Of a stretch of DNA of 64,000 nt, positions 1-12,889 are shown piece after piece. The DNA is from Carcharhinus amblyrhynchos (taxonomy: Eukaryota), in NCBI GenBank assembly GCA_965287045.1, contig OZ336888.1:11718001-11782000 (forward strand), in the 5' to 3' direction. The stretch's first letter is position 1. Each line of letters begins with the position of its first letter. The notes beneath the pieces are model-generated. The model saw only the letters and a program-made list of their open reading frames with translations. It was not told the origin of the DNA and ran no database searches. The translations under genes and the position numbers were made by a program.

Positions 1-192
1 GGGTTCTATTATAGAATAGACAACATATGATCTGCAGAAGGATTGTATTTAGTGGGCTATGTGGTCTTCAAGTCCCATGCTTTTCTCCATATATAATAGA
101 AAAGGGCTTGTTAAACACATGGTAATATTTCAAACATCATTGTGAATATACACCAATTCTCATAATGAATGTTTTATATTTTCCATTATATT

Positions 193-680
193 TTAGAGTC
201 AGAAATACAGCATGGAAACAGGTCCTTCGGCCCACCCAATCCATGCTGTCCTCCCAGCTATTCCCAATTGCCCGTGTTTGGCCCATATCCCTTTAATCCT
301 TTCCCATCCATGTACTTATCCAAATGCTTTTTAAAGTTGCTATTGCACCTGCCTCAACCACTTTCTCTGGCAGCTCATTCCACATATGCACCACCCTCGT
401 GTGTGAAGACGTTGCCCTTCAGGTCCCTTTTAAACCTTTCCCCTCTCACCTTGGACCTATGCCCTCTAGGTTTCAACTCCCCTTGCCTGGGAAAAGGCTG
501 TTGCTGGAATTCTACGCTCTGCCCACCCTGGAATCGGAGCAGGCGAAGGGCAGGCAACTGAAATGCCCATTGTTCTTGGGTGGGGTTTTACCGTCTCGCT
601 CGAGCAAGGCAGTAAAATCCCACCCTATGTGTGTTCACCCTATCGATACCCCTCATGATTTTTACACTTCAATATGATCA
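193..680 (-). mobile_element. CR1 3' end interrupted by a ~125-bp MITE (~500-625)
   Basis: Minus ORF remnant RGHRSKVRGERFKRDLKGNVFT; CR1-type tail at 193-250. Confidence 0.75.
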
Positions 681-2576
681 TGCCATTTATGATATGTTTC
701 CTTTGAGTGTGAATGGAATGGAGGTGTAATCAGTGTGACAGAATGGTTCCCTCATTTTGCACTTGCATCAGCCTTTTTCCATCAGATTAGCGAATTGAAG
801 CAAGTATGTCCAGTCTTACATTTCACAGAATAACCACACTGCATCTTCAGCATAACACATTACGGTCTTCTTATGGGGTTAATATGGAAACAGCATGGGG
901 TCCTGACTCATCACAAAAAGCATCCGTTGCTGGCAATCCGCATCTTCTTTAATTAATTGCACAATCATTTCTCAAAATTTTGTAATCATTTTAATATCTG
1001 TGGTAATTTTCACTAATTGCTAACTGACAGACAAATTCACAATGAATCACTTTAATAGTTTTCCGTTGAGCCTGAAACTAATTAGACTGGCAGCCAGTCC
1101 AGCCTGAAACAGAACTCCCACTGGATAATTTACCCCACTGCCCAACAGACATTAATACTTCAGCCTTATAGAGTTCCTGAAAATTCTTGGCACCATCTCC
1201 GAAATACCTCAAGAGGAAAAGGGAGCAGGGAATTCAAAACCAACAAGGGAGTCCCAGATAATCATTTCTGATTTGTAACTCAGCATTTTTTTTTTCACAT
1301 CACTGATTGCTGCACTTGAGTGCATGGCAATTTTACACGTTTTTCACCTGCATTTAGCTGGACCATTTGCTCTTTTGAATCTGCCCCATAAGCCCATGCC
1401 TCAACTATCAGCTGTGAACAAATACGAAGGAGAAAATAGCTGCTCGCAGCATGGGGGCCCCATTCTGATTCTTGCCTCTGTTTAAAGGGGACAGTTGATG
1501 GGAAGCGTTAGGGCATTCCAAATGCCAACAAGGAAACTTATAATACCTAGGTAAGATGCTCTTGCAGAGAGTCGGTGCAGACTTGATGGGCTGAATGGCC
1601 TCCTTCTGCATTGCAGGATTCTATGTTTATTAAATGATAAAACACGTGCATGAAATTCAACAGACACGTACCTAACTAATTCAATGGGTACTGGGGGGAT
1701 ATTTCCCATCCTGCCTGCCATGGGAATTGTAGCAGGTGGGATAACAGGATTTAGACCTGAATGAATTTAAGGATACTGAGCAGGATTTTCCAGTTTTGGA
1801 GTGTGTCTGGAGAATCCCACTCAGTATCCTTAAATTCACCCAGGTCCAAATCCCTTTGCTTCCCTAACTTCAGAGCTAATCCTCCCCCAAAATAACATTC
1901 CATGGGTTCTTAAAATGATAGGCAAAATCCAATAACAGCTACCACACCAGGCACACACATTTCTGCAGTCGCTTCCAATGTAGAGAATAATAACTGGTTG
2001 CTCAAACAGACTTATCTAAGGTATGGCTTTTTGGGAGTTCCCACAGCTTTCTCTTGCTGCGGGCTAAGTGTTCAAAACAGCTAACTTGCATCGGTTAAAA
2101 TTGCTCCTGGTAGGCCATTTTCCTGGTCAATCTTCCCTTATCTGAACTAACTTCCTCAGAAGTTTCACTTAATTTTTAGAATATAATTGCAAAATTCACA
2201 GCTCATCTCCTCCTTTGAGCTTCTAACACCTTGCACATGTCCCTTCACATTCTATTCTCCATTGTTGCCAACATGCCTCAGGTAAATATCTATTTCCAGT
2301 GTCTCGTCAGCATATCAAATGCACTAGTTTCACCAACCCAGACAAACTGCCTCTGCCACTACTCAGTTTCCAATTTTAAAATACTTTAAAAAAAAACATA
2401 CCCAGCAGAACTCTTTCCCAAATACTTAATTCCCTTGACTTTTCACGTTATCACAATTTCCTCATGCCTCGTATTAGTCTTAGGTTTTAAATTTAGGATA
2501 TTGGAGTAAATTGTTTTTATCTTAAAAACATACATCCAATAAGACCTTGTTAACACAGAATGACATAACAGAAATA

Positions 2577-2866
2577 GACTTTAAGTTTATTTATTAGTGT
2601 CACATGTAGGCTTGTATTAACACTGCAATGAAGTTACTGTGAAATAGCCTAGTCGCTACACTCCGGTGCATGTTTGGGTACATCGAGGGAGAATTTAGCA
2701 TGACCAATGCACCTAACCAGCACATCTTCTGGATTGTGGGAGGAAACCAGAGCAACCTGAGGAAACCCAAGCAGACATGGGGAGAACATGCAGACTCCAC
2801 ACAGACTGTGGCCCAAGCCAGGAATCGAACCCAAGTCCCTGGCTTTGTGGGGCAGCAGTACTAAAC
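2577..2866 (-). mobile_element. HE1-type V-SINE, tail B
   Basis: tRNA head plus V-domain; tail ...ttcacagtaacttcattgcagtgttaat...aataaataaactt. Confidence 0.9.
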
Positions 2867-3374
2867 ATTCCACAGCTACATTGTCATTTCAGAAATAACA
2901 TATTACTCAAACTTAACTGAGGGAGGGGAAGAGTTATAGCAGAGTGAATAGTGTCTAATTCCAAAAGGTTGGGTAATATGTACTGATATTTATTACCTTA
3001 GCAACAATGAACATAAAGTGTAGGCTGCAATCTGAAGGTAACAATATTTTACCAGAATATCAGAGGAACATTTCATACGCTATGCACACGAGTACAATAA
3101 GATTAGCACTTGTCGATAAGCTACAAGGCCAACTTTGTGGCAATTCTTGATGTTTGCCCTAATTATCTATTCATGAAAGCTGAAGGCTTTAAAATTCTTC
3201 AGTCAAAGTTGCAGCAACTTCAAAGACAAGTGGCTGCATTTGGTTAAGAATCATTAAGAATATAAATATTTAAAATGTATCTTTCAGCATCAGAAAGGAT
3301 CTGAGGGAAATCAGTGGCCTACAAAAATCCGAAGGGGACAGGCCACGGAGAAGGATGGTCAGCCTTGTTGAAGC

Positions 3375-3655
3375 TTATTACTAATATAATGAGGCTTACA
3401 TTAACACTGCAATGAAGTTACTGCAATGAAGAATCCCCTAGTTGCCACAGTCCATGCCTGCTTGGGTACACTTGAGGGAGAATTATTTTTAGCATGGCCA
3501 ACGCACCTAACCAGCATGACTTTCTGACTGTGGGAGGAAACTCACGTAGACATGGGGAGAATGTGCAGACTCCACAGTGACCCAATGTCGTGAATCAAAC
3601 TTGGGTCCCTGGTTCTGAGGGGCAGCAGTGTTAACCACTGTACCATGTGTTGCCC
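3375..3655 (-). mobile_element. HE1-type SINE, tail B
   Basis: Same head and tail B. Confidence 0.85.
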
Positions 3656-3775
3656 AGGAGAATGGTATGGTGGATTATCACTGTCAGAGTCATATCATTG
3701 AGTTATTTATTAGGGTTTGGTTCTGTGGCAGCAATGGAAGTGTTACAGGGAGATTGAAGCAAGGGGTTAGAAGAA

Positions 3776-4083
3776 GATCATAGAACCCTACAGTGCAGAA
3801 AGAGGCCCTTCAGCCCATTGAGTCTGCACCGAACAATCCCACCCAGGCCCTATGCCCATATCCCTAAATTCCTAACCTCCACTACCCTGGACACTAAGGG
3901 GCAATTTCTTAGCAATGGCCAACCTAACCTGCTCTGTTGGAGGAAACTGGAGCACCCGGAGGAAACCCACGCAGACATGAGGAGTATGTGCAAACTCCAG
4001 ACAGACAGTGACCTGAGCTGAGAATCGAACCCAGGACCCTGGAGCTGTGAAACAGCAGTGCTAACCACTGTGCCACCATGCTG
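3776..4083 (-). mobile_element. HE1-type SINE, tail A (CR1-like)
   Basis: Full head; tail ...ctgcactgtagggttctatgat. Confidence 0.9.
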
Positions 4084-5235
4084 GGTTAGACTTTACCATC
4101 CAGCATTGGGCAAAGCCACGTGTGTCAGCCAAAAATGGAGGTGAGGTGGCCTTCAATTCAAATTTCCCATCCAATTCCTGCACTTTTGATTGGCAAGAAA
4201 ACCATGGCAGATCATTACTTGAACAACATTCAAGTGTGGTTGAAATCAACATTTTAGATGCCTGCCTGAAATTTTCCAATGATTGCTATTTACAATGTGG
4301 GTAATTTTGGAAAGCCTATGTGAAAGGCACCAGATCAGTTAGATTGCAAACCCTGGGGAGAAACTGTTGACGTGTCCAGAATCATTTGACAGGTAACTTC
4401 AAATGTTATGATGGAAAGGTATATATATGCTGTGATTCAAAGGCTGTGTCTTTTTAAAAAAGTGACCCATGAAACTGACCTTGATTGTTTACAAATTCAC
4501 ATGCGTTAAAGTACTTTACCAAGTAGATCAAGTGTTTCTCTGCATTTAACAGTATTTAGCTGATTTTAATGAGTCATTTGGACAGTGTACTTTGACTTAA
4601 AGTCTTGCAGAGCCTTTTGAAAAAAAAAGCTGCTAAACTTTTGATTGAAACCCCATCTGATGAGTCGATAAAAAACAGATAGCAGGCCAGCTGGTTTGGC
4701 GACTTCAAATACTCCATTGAATTGAGTACCGTAATGTTTATTTAGTTGTGCAATACTGTGAAGAATTAATATATGGCTATATTCTAAATCACATCAATTG
4801 ATTTAGTTCAGCATGGGTTGGTTATACAGCTGTGGAGGGGTTGTATGCTCTGTTTGATTAGCTGCTTATAAAACTGCCAATAGGATTAAATTGAGGTTTT
4901 GAATGGCTATTTGTTTATTTTGACAGATTAATGAGCATTGCAGAATGAGCAAGCAGAGGGCAATGGTTAATGGTCACTACCATTGGCATCCATGTCTTCA
5001 GTTGCCTGGCCCCGAGCTCCAGAATTCACTCCCTATAATTCTCCACCTCACTAGCTCTTTGCTGATTTAAGACACTATTTGCAATTGACTCTATGTTTGA
5101 TTGGCAGTTTTATGAGCTACTAAAAAGGAACAATTGTTCAACTGGGGTTTCAATGGATGATTTAAAATTCAAGATCATGTCAAAGACTTCCCAGCTTTAC
5201 TGCACAACTTGAGTTCTGTCTAGAGTGGATAAAAA

Positions 5236-5545
5236 ATTGTTTGAGGGATGTGGGCACTGGCTCAACCAACATTTATTGCCCCATCTGAGGGCATTGAAGA
5301 GCCAACCACATTGTGGATCTGAAGTCACATGTAGGCCAGACCAGGAACGATTTCCTTCCCTAAAAGGACATCAGTGAACCAGATGGGTTTTTAATGACAA
5401 TTGGCAATGCTTTGATGGTCATCATTTGACTTTTACTTCCAGATTTTTATTGAATCCAAAGTTTACCTTCTGCCATGGTGGGATTGAAACCCAGGTCCCC
5501 AAAGCATGGGGTTCAGACTAGTCCAGCGACAATATCACTATGCTG
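5236..5545 (-). mobile_element. tRNA-derived SINE family 2
   Basis: Matches 29140-29485 and 34745-34950; B-box-like gggtttcaatccc in the minus-strand head. Confidence 0.7.
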
Positions 5546-5789
5546 GAGCCTCCTCTAGTGAATGGGTATGGAGGGGGACATTGGGAGTGCGAGAGAGTAT
5601 GGAACAGGTATGGAAGGGGGATGAGTGATGATTTAAGACAAGGGCTCAGAGGCAAAACAGTTAACCTCTCACATGAGGGTGCCCTCCAAAAGAGGGAGGG
5701 GGGAAAATGGACTTACTGTGTTGCAGATCAGACAGAAACAGTCCATAACCAACCAGTTGAACTGTCAGCTTCAGTCAGGAATTTTAAAC

Positions 5790-6095
5790 TTCCTTCCCTG
5801 GTCTTCAAATCCTTGTCATCTCCTATAATCCTGACATTTCCAAGTCTGGCATCTTGTGCCTCCCCAATTTATCACTCAACCATTGGCAGCCATGCCTTCA
5901 GTTACCCAAGCTCTGAGCCTGGAAATTCACTACTTGGCTCTCTCTTTTTCCTGATTTAAGACACTATTTGCAACTGACTCCATCAATCAAGTTTTTGGCC
6001 ACATCCATGTCCTTAGCATCCAAATTTTGTCAGTTGACATTCCTACGAAGATCACTTTTACATTTTGCTAAATCAACGACACTGTACAAATGCCA
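5790..6095 (+). mobile_element. Old L2-like LINE 3' end (related pieces at ~4975-5090 and ~15430-15660)
   Basis: Shared motif ccattggcagccatgccttcag...ctggaattccctccctaaacctc...tttaagacact in three places. Confidence 0.55.
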
Positions 6096-6147
6096 GCCGT
6101 TACAGCACTCTCTGCAGTGTCAGAAAGCCCTGGCTTCCAGATCTTAT

Positions 6148-6376
6148 GTAAAAAGTCTGACAACACCAGGTTTTAGTCCAACCTATTTATTTGATAATAT
6201 ACTCAAGCTTTCGAGGGGACTGCCTCTTCGTCAGGTGAACTCTCCATTCACCTGACGAAGAGGCAGTCCCCTCGAAAGCTTGAGTATATTATCAAATAAA
6301 TAGGTTGGACTAAAACCTGGTGTTGTCAGACTTTTTACTGTGTTTACGCCAGTCCAACGCCGGCATACCCACATCA
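6148..6376. mobile_element. Penelope-like element terminal insertion (family 1): perfect 92-bp inverted repeat plus 38-nt tail
   Basis: Arms 6148-6239 and 6247-6338 are exact reverse complements; 7-nt loop; target duplication TTCCAGATCTTAT at 6135-6147 and 6377-6389. Confidence 0.8.
6247..6285 (+). ncRNA. Minimal hammerhead ribozyme-like core (mirrored on the minus strand in the left arm)
   Basis: CTGACGA(6252-6258)-A-GAGG/CCTC stem II-GAAA(6274-6277)-G-CTT; palindromic AAGCTT helix III as in dimeric minimal hammerheads. Activity untested. Confidence 0.6.
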
Positions 6377-7034
6377 TTCCAGATCTTATTCCAGGGCAGC
6401 GCACACATAATCCAGGCTGACAGTTCAGTGCTGTCAAGGAATGCTGTGCTGACGAAAGGTGCCGTCTTTTGCACGAGATGTTTCACTTAGGTCCCATCTG
6501 TCTGTTCTACCGAACATAGACAGGACCCCTGGGACCATCCAAACATGTCCAAGATGTGTTGTACAGGGCACCACAGTCCTGGAACCTACCACGTAAATAA
6601 GAACCCTTCCATTCTTTACTTGCTGGACTTGTAAGAGTGACATTTCAAGTTTTAAAATTACAAGTTAGTGTTTTGCAATAGCTTCATTAATATATTAAGA
6701 GTTTATGAATATCAGTGTGTGGTAATGATGGGGGGTTTATTCTGTTTCTCCCAGTTAGGTGAAAGCTGATTTTAAATGTCCTTTTCTTGACAAGCCTTTC
6801 AGACTTATCAAAGCAGAGCACACACCATGACAGCAAGCCGCTGACAGATGTAAATTAACATCAGTGCTCACTGAGCATCTGATTTATTCTCTGTGGATGC
6901 GACTAATTAGACCAAGGGCAAGATGCTTGGAATTACATTCGGTTGGCAATGCTTAACCCTTTCCCAGTCAGTGATAATATAAATCCCCAGCTTTGCAGGG
7001 ACTACACCCCCCTCATCCTAGTGCTGAATTCACA

Positions 7035-7210
7035 GAAACAGAATCCCTGCAGTGCAAAATGAGGCCATTCAGCCCATCGCGTCTGCACTGATCTCAACCC
7101 CACACCAAGCCCTAATCCCACACACTTACCCCACTTACTCTAATCTACACATCCTGGGACACCAAGGGGCAATTTAGCATGGCCAATCAACCTAACCCGC
7201 ACATCTTTGA
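7035..7210 (-). mobile_element. HE1-type SINE 3' half, tail A
   Basis: gcaatttagcatggccaatcaacctaacccgcacatctttg. Confidence 0.85.
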
Positions 7211-7326
7211 TTACAAATTCTCAAATTTATTTCAAACACTTTCTCGCCTCTCGACAATTTCTCTGCACTTCATTTAGTGAACGTGCAGAGGAGCTTCCTG
7301 AGGATGGTCATTGTTGGAAGATTTTC

Positions 7327-8182
7327 AGGGTGATTCTACCAGCCTGCTGAGTTAATCTTAGTGCAATGGGTTGGGAGATTCCAACAGTGCCCGATGTGCA
7401 GAGCCCGCACTGGGCATCATGCCCCAATAGCATCTCCCAGCACTAGATTTCCAGTAGTGTTAGCTCCATGTCAGAAATCAGTAGGGAGGTGCATAAAATA
7501 TTTAAACAAGCATCTTCATATTTTAAATATGATTAGCAGGCCCAGGACTGAAGTCTCCAGCCCACTAAATCCCCCCCACCACCTCTGCCAGTGATTCACT
7601 TGAGCAGAGATTACTATAGCTCCCCACTTCGAGTCAGTAGCCTGACCCTGTTGAGTGAAGGGGCAATTGGGGCCCCCCTTCCAGAGGGGAGGGTGGCAGG
7701 GGCTTAGTACCCCTGGCATTGCCAGCCAGCACTGAGGGGGGGTGGTGGGGGGAGGCCAGTCTGTGAGGGTGGAAGGGTCCCATTGCCAGTCTGCACTTTG
7801 AAATCTAGAGGGGAGGGAGGTTGGGGGTGCAGAGATGGAGGTCAGAGCTGTGGGGGAGGGGGAGTGGTTAAGGCTGGGCCTGGGCTTACATGGGGGGCAG
7901 GGGGGTGAAGAAAGGAGATTAGGCCTGGCTGGGTGGTTTGAAGAGGAGAAAGGCCATGCAATGGAGGGGGGGTGTCACAAGGCTGGCCAGCAATTGAGCT
8001 AGCCAGCAATCAGAAGGCCAGTAGACAAGTGCCACTGAACACTGATAGACTGGCATATGTGTAGTGGCCTGCTCAGGGCTACGCTGCAGGCCTCTCCAGC
8101 AGGAATAGGCCCCACCGCTGGTTTCTGGAGTGAATCACGCTGAGGCACTCCACACTGCACAGAGTGTGGGAGATTCTCCCAC
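7327..8182. mobile_element. Older GC-rich TIR element of the same general type (related pieces at ~17853-18250, 9520-9830, 55645-56025, 62460-62900)
   Basis: Termini GGGTGATTCTACC / GGGAGATTCTCCC; G-run interior; internal motifs shared with the 19 kb and 48 kb elements. Confidence 0.5.
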
Positions 8183-8267
8183 TGAGAAAGACTTATTAAC
8201 TTCTTCTCACACAAATTCAACATTTAGAATTTCTTGGGAGAATCCCAGCCTTTGGTTTAAAGTAGAG

Positions 8268-8543
8268 GGAGGTACAGTGGTTAGCAGTGTTGCCTCAGTG
8301 CCAGAGACCTGGGTTCAATTCAGGACTCAGGTGACTGTGTGGAGTTTGCACATTCTCTAGGTACTGTGGTTTCTTCACACCGTCCAACTATGTGCAGGTT
8401 AGGTTGCTCAGACATGCTAAATTGTTCCTTAGTATCAGGGGGGCTAGCAGGCTAAATAGTTGGAGTTAGGGCCTGGATGGGATTGTTGCCAGCACAGGCT
8501 TGATGGGCTGAATGGCCTCCTTCTGTACTGGGGAGATTCCATG
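8268..8543 (+). mobile_element. HE1-type SINE, tail A
   Basis: Head cagtggttagca...gggttcaattc, V-domain and tail. Confidence 0.85.
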
Positions 8544-11391
8544 GGTCAAAACACAAGTTCCTGTTTGAACAGCTAATAAAGGCCATTCAGCCCATCTTAT
8601 TTATTGTATCCAGACAAAGACTAAAATTTGTGTCAGGGTTGTGGCCCTCACTCCACTAAATGTACATCTCATGCACACTGAGAATGAATCTCCTTACATC
8701 CACCTTCCATTTACATTTTATGGATTTGAATTTAATTCAAATCCAATATTCCACATTTCTCTTTTCCATCCCTGCTATCTATCTAATGTTCCTCCTTACC
8801 TGGCAAGGAGGATGAGGTGTCCCAGCCATTTCACATCACTCTGCAGGCCTTTGACAAGGATCCATCTTGTGGTTCTTCCCTATATTGCCTCCAGAATTTT
8901 TAAAAGCCTCTCTCAGTATGATTTAAGAGAAATTTGATGGTGATCACCAGACAAGTATCCAAAAGGGGAAGGGAAATGAGATTAGAAATCAACAGATTTG
9001 TTTGACGAGTTAACAGCTCAAATGCTAGATTTCAATGCTGCCAATTCCATGTGCCAACTTGTGAAATATTCTTGGCTGAGGAGTCAAAGTGAGGTAAATA
9101 TATCAGAGCTGATGGATCAATACTGTTCAGAATTCACTTTGTCAAAGTATAACATAGCCTTGTACCAGTAAGAGAGCAGTGTAATTGTTAATGGGGGGTG
9201 GTAATCAGACCTACCCCATTTGGAGAGTAGGAAGGCTGGACTTTCTGGCATTGTACATTTATCCAGTAACACAAGGCTAGGTTCCAGAGACTTATCTGGA
9301 AAGGAATCTAGCAATGAGGCCTGAAGGAACACATTGTGTTGTCCCACCTGGAGCCTGAAGCCACCATGCTGCCTTGACGTGGGGAGCCAGAGGAGCAATA
9401 AGACAAGGGAAAGTAGCCTTTATCATTTCTTGAAGGAGCAAAACTATGAAACCTCAAAGCAGTAAAGCCTTTGCTTTTACCAAAATTACAATGCAGGAGG
9501 CTACACAACAGTGGGGTCTTCACAAAGTCCCACCCCCACCTCCCTCCACCAACAGCTCCACTGTCAATTCCATCACATCATGGTTCCCACATGGGTGATA
9601 TGGCCAGGGTGAGGCCCTCTGGGGAGCTCCATTGGTGGGGAGGGGAGGAGGGTGTAGGACAGGGGTGGATCCCCTTATCCATAGGAATATTGCCCCAGTG
9701 CTTGTGGAGAGAGGATTCACTTTAGCCATAGCAGGTGGTTACCCCAGTACCTGTCAATTGGCAGTGGGAGGGGTCCCCTTAACCAAAGGGGCAGTTAACT
9801 CCAGTGTTTCTTGTTGATCCTCCAGAAGGAACTCTTCAATTGCAGGCAATAAAATAAAAGTTATTCCAACTTAGAAATCAAAGAAAAAGGTTTAGTTAAT
9901 AAAAAAAAATTACTCCACACTTTATAATCTCACTATGAACCTTTCCAACCTCACCCCACCCAGTCCCAGCAGATTCTGATTTATATTGAATCAGCTGGTC
10001 AGCTGACCACCACATCAATTTGTCATTGGTTACACAGTTTACTGGGTCAGCTGACCCTTACAGCTTGTTACCATTGGTCACACTACAACAGATACCACCT
10101 TATCATTCTAACAGTTCTGGAATAGTGGGGGAGGGGGCTGAAGTGTTTCCCTTGTCCGTTGTGGGGGGGGCAGAGTTTTGTTTTAATGCAAGCCAGAGTT
10201 CTCAGCATGATGGCGAAATCTGTACCCTCAGATTTTCAGTGCACAGAGCCAGAGGATCTGGCAAAAAAGCTCGGGTGTGCAAGTGCAGAGCTGTGCACTG
10301 GTTTCCTCATTCCAGCCAGCACTCTGTGAACAAGGCTGCAAAATTCCACCCCTTGTCTCTGAACCAGAAGGCCTAGGGTCAGGTGCCACCCCAGGACAGG
10401 ACTTCACGGCCAAGGAAAGTGTGGTCATAGCATGGTGAAGCAGGCTCAGTACCAATTTGCAAATCCTTCTGACACACGCTAAGGGCAGGCAATGCGAGTA
10501 GGAGAGATCCCACGACTGCAGCAGTTCAAGAAGACAGCTCACCGACCGCTACCTTCTCAGGGGAGATCAGGGAGGGACAATAAATACTGGCCTAACCAGC
10601 ACCATGCACAGCCCATGAATTAATATCATAAAAAGGCCAAATGTTGGAAAGAAATGGAGCCTCCACCATCACCCACAGCTCCAGGCTACAATATGCATAT
10701 AAAGTGCATATTTCCACAGTAATTTGGACTCCCTGAGTGAACTGTAACACACTGCCAGAGAATAATGAATTATATTACAATAAGCAAGATCAAATTATAC
10801 ATTCTTGTCAAATTTTTGCCTGTGCCTTTTTTCCACTGGGGCCAATCAGAAATCTGGTCCAAAGCAGAAGGAAATCCAGTGAGACTTGGGGAATGACTGG
10901 AGCTGGCCTGGATTGGATTTCCATTTTAAGGCGCGCAAGACCAGTTCAGAACATTGCAGTCATTTCCCAAATCCTGCTGCTTTTTCTTTTCTTTCCAGGA
11001 ACCCATTTGTGTTGCAAATGGACACAGCCATGAAAGAGATCGTGCAGTTTAAAATTTAAATTGGTCTTCCCAGTTAATGCAGCCTTCCTGAAACGCTATT
11101 TTCTTTTTATTGGCCCAGAAGGATGCATTAAACCTTGCAGCTCATTTCATAAAAATTAATTTTTTATGAAAGATTCCACTTCCAAAGGGGGCTTGTCACT
11201 ACAGTAGATTCTGTAGCGATATACATTCTCCTTGCTTAAGCAGGGATCTGAAAAAGCCGAGAGCTGTGAACGCATCTCGGGTTTATACATTATTAGTGTT
11301 TCAGTTAAAAGCCAGAATACAACATCAGAAAGGTACACTGAAAAGGATTGTTATAGCAGTGTGAATGTTCTTACATTATATAACAGCTGAC

Positions 11392-11614
11392 TCATGAACT
11401 GATTCCCTGCTGCCATCAGACTATTGAACGGACCTACATTACCTTAAGCTGATCTTTCTCTGCACCTATGACTGTAACACGATATTCTGCACCATCTCCT
11501 TTCCTTCTGCCCTATGTACTCTCTGTACTATGAACAGTGTGCTTTGTATAACACGCAAGAAACAATACTTTTCATGTATCCCAATATATTTGACCGTAAC
11601 AAATCAAATCAAAT
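11392..11614 (+). mobile_element. Rex1-like LINE 3' UTR
   Basis: Matches ~22210-22425. Confidence 0.7.
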
Positions 11615-11719
11615 TGATTCGTAAACCAGGTTGTTTTGGGCAGGGCAGAAAATGCAACAAAATTCCCGTATTAACATTTCAGGTCGATGACCTCTGCCGA
11701 AGAAGAAACGCCATTGACT

Positions 11720-11998
11720 CAAAGTTTATTTATTAGTATCACAAGTAGGCTTACATTAACACTGCAATGAAGTTACTGTGAAAATCCCCGTGTCACCACA
11801 CTCCAGCGCCGATACACCGAGGGAGAATTTAACATGGCCAATTCACCTAACCAGCACGTCTTTTGAATTGTAGGAGGAAACCGGAGGAAACTCATGCAGA
11901 CATGGGGAGAACATGCAAACTCTATACTGACAGGGACCCCAGCCAGGAATTGAACCCGGGTCCCTGGTGCTGTGAGGCAGCAGTGCTAGCCACTGTGC
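11720..11998 (-). mobile_element. HE1-type SINE, tail B
   Basis: Full match to the other tail-B copies. Confidence 0.9.
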
Positions 11999-12010
11999 AA
12001 CCTGAAATGT

Positions 12011-12213
12011 TGGCCGGAATTTTCTGGCCATTCGTGCTGGGGGGATTCTCTGGTTCTATCAGGAGCATGCCTCCACCCGTGGGTTTCCCACCGGCATGGG
12101 GTGATGTCTATGAGAACTCCCATTGATGGCGGTGGGACCAGAGAATCCCGCAGCTATCAAAAGTGCGCCACCTCCCGCTGGCTGGAAGCACGCAGCTGGG
12201 AGAATCTCGCCCA
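12011..12213. mobile_element. ~200-bp MITE; reversed relative at ~58118-58336
   Basis: TGGCCGGAATTTTCT ... GGAGAATCTCGCCCA; interior matches the reverse complement of the 58.2 kb copy. Confidence 0.65.
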
Positions 12214-12555
12214 TTGGCTCTGTTTCTTTCTCCACAGATACTGCCCGACCTGCTGAGCAAGTCCAGCATCCTTTATCTTTAATTTGAGATTTCCAGCCAT
12301 ACCCTGCACCTTGATGACGGCCATGAATACTGATCATTTTTGCAGCACTTTGTGCAAACTACACTGGGGCAAATTCTGTGTGCTGAGGCTCGCTGTGCCG
12401 AAATTCCCCAGTCAAATGAGGAAATTAAACTTGTTGACCAGCATATCTCATTCTCCAACAGGTTCCTGAGCAAGCAGGGGTCACTGGCATCGCCTTCCCT
12501 CACTAAACTTTCCTTCTCTTTCCCATGTTCCATAAAAATTACAGGATCTTCGTTT

Positions 12556-12842
12556 TATAACATAGAACATAGAACATTACAGCACAGTACAGGCCCTTTG
12601 GCCCTTGATGTTGCACCGACCAGTGGAACGAACCTAATGAGCCTCTATCCTAAACTATTCCAATGTTATCCATATGCCTATCCACTGACCATTTGAACGC
12701 CCTTATAGTTGGCGAGTCCACAACTGCTGCAGGCAGGGCATTCCACGCCCTTACTACCCTCTGAGTAAAGAACCTACCTCTGACATCTGTCCTATAATAA
12801 CCACCCCTCAATTTAAAGCTATGTCCCCTCGTGTTAGCCATA
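12556..12842 (-). mobile_element. CR1 3' end, same family as 30226-30763
   Basis: Near-identical sequence; ORF ANTRGHSFKLRGG...FFTQRVVRAWNALP. Confidence 0.9.
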
Positions 12843-12889
12843 GATATAGTTATAGATCAGAAGATTGAAAGTTCAAAAAGTCAACTTGC

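Larger units (their letters stand above)
6098..6515 (+). mobile_element. Deu-domain SINE (SacSINE1/AmnSINE1-like), host of the 6.1 kb palindrome
   Basis: tRNA-like head split by the insertion, then ggctgacagttcagtgc...ggtgccgtcttttgcacgagatg. Confidence 0.6.

Noticed and set aside
2600-2873. Recurrent LALLPHSARDPGSIP...CLCGVCMFSPCL ORF family as a protein family
   Set aside because: These are translations of the non-coding HE1 SINE in varying frames.
11156-11338. 60-aa minus-strand ORF as exon 2 of the candidate gene
   Set aside because: An acceptor-like site exists near 11338, but there is no convincing donor and no recognisable domain.
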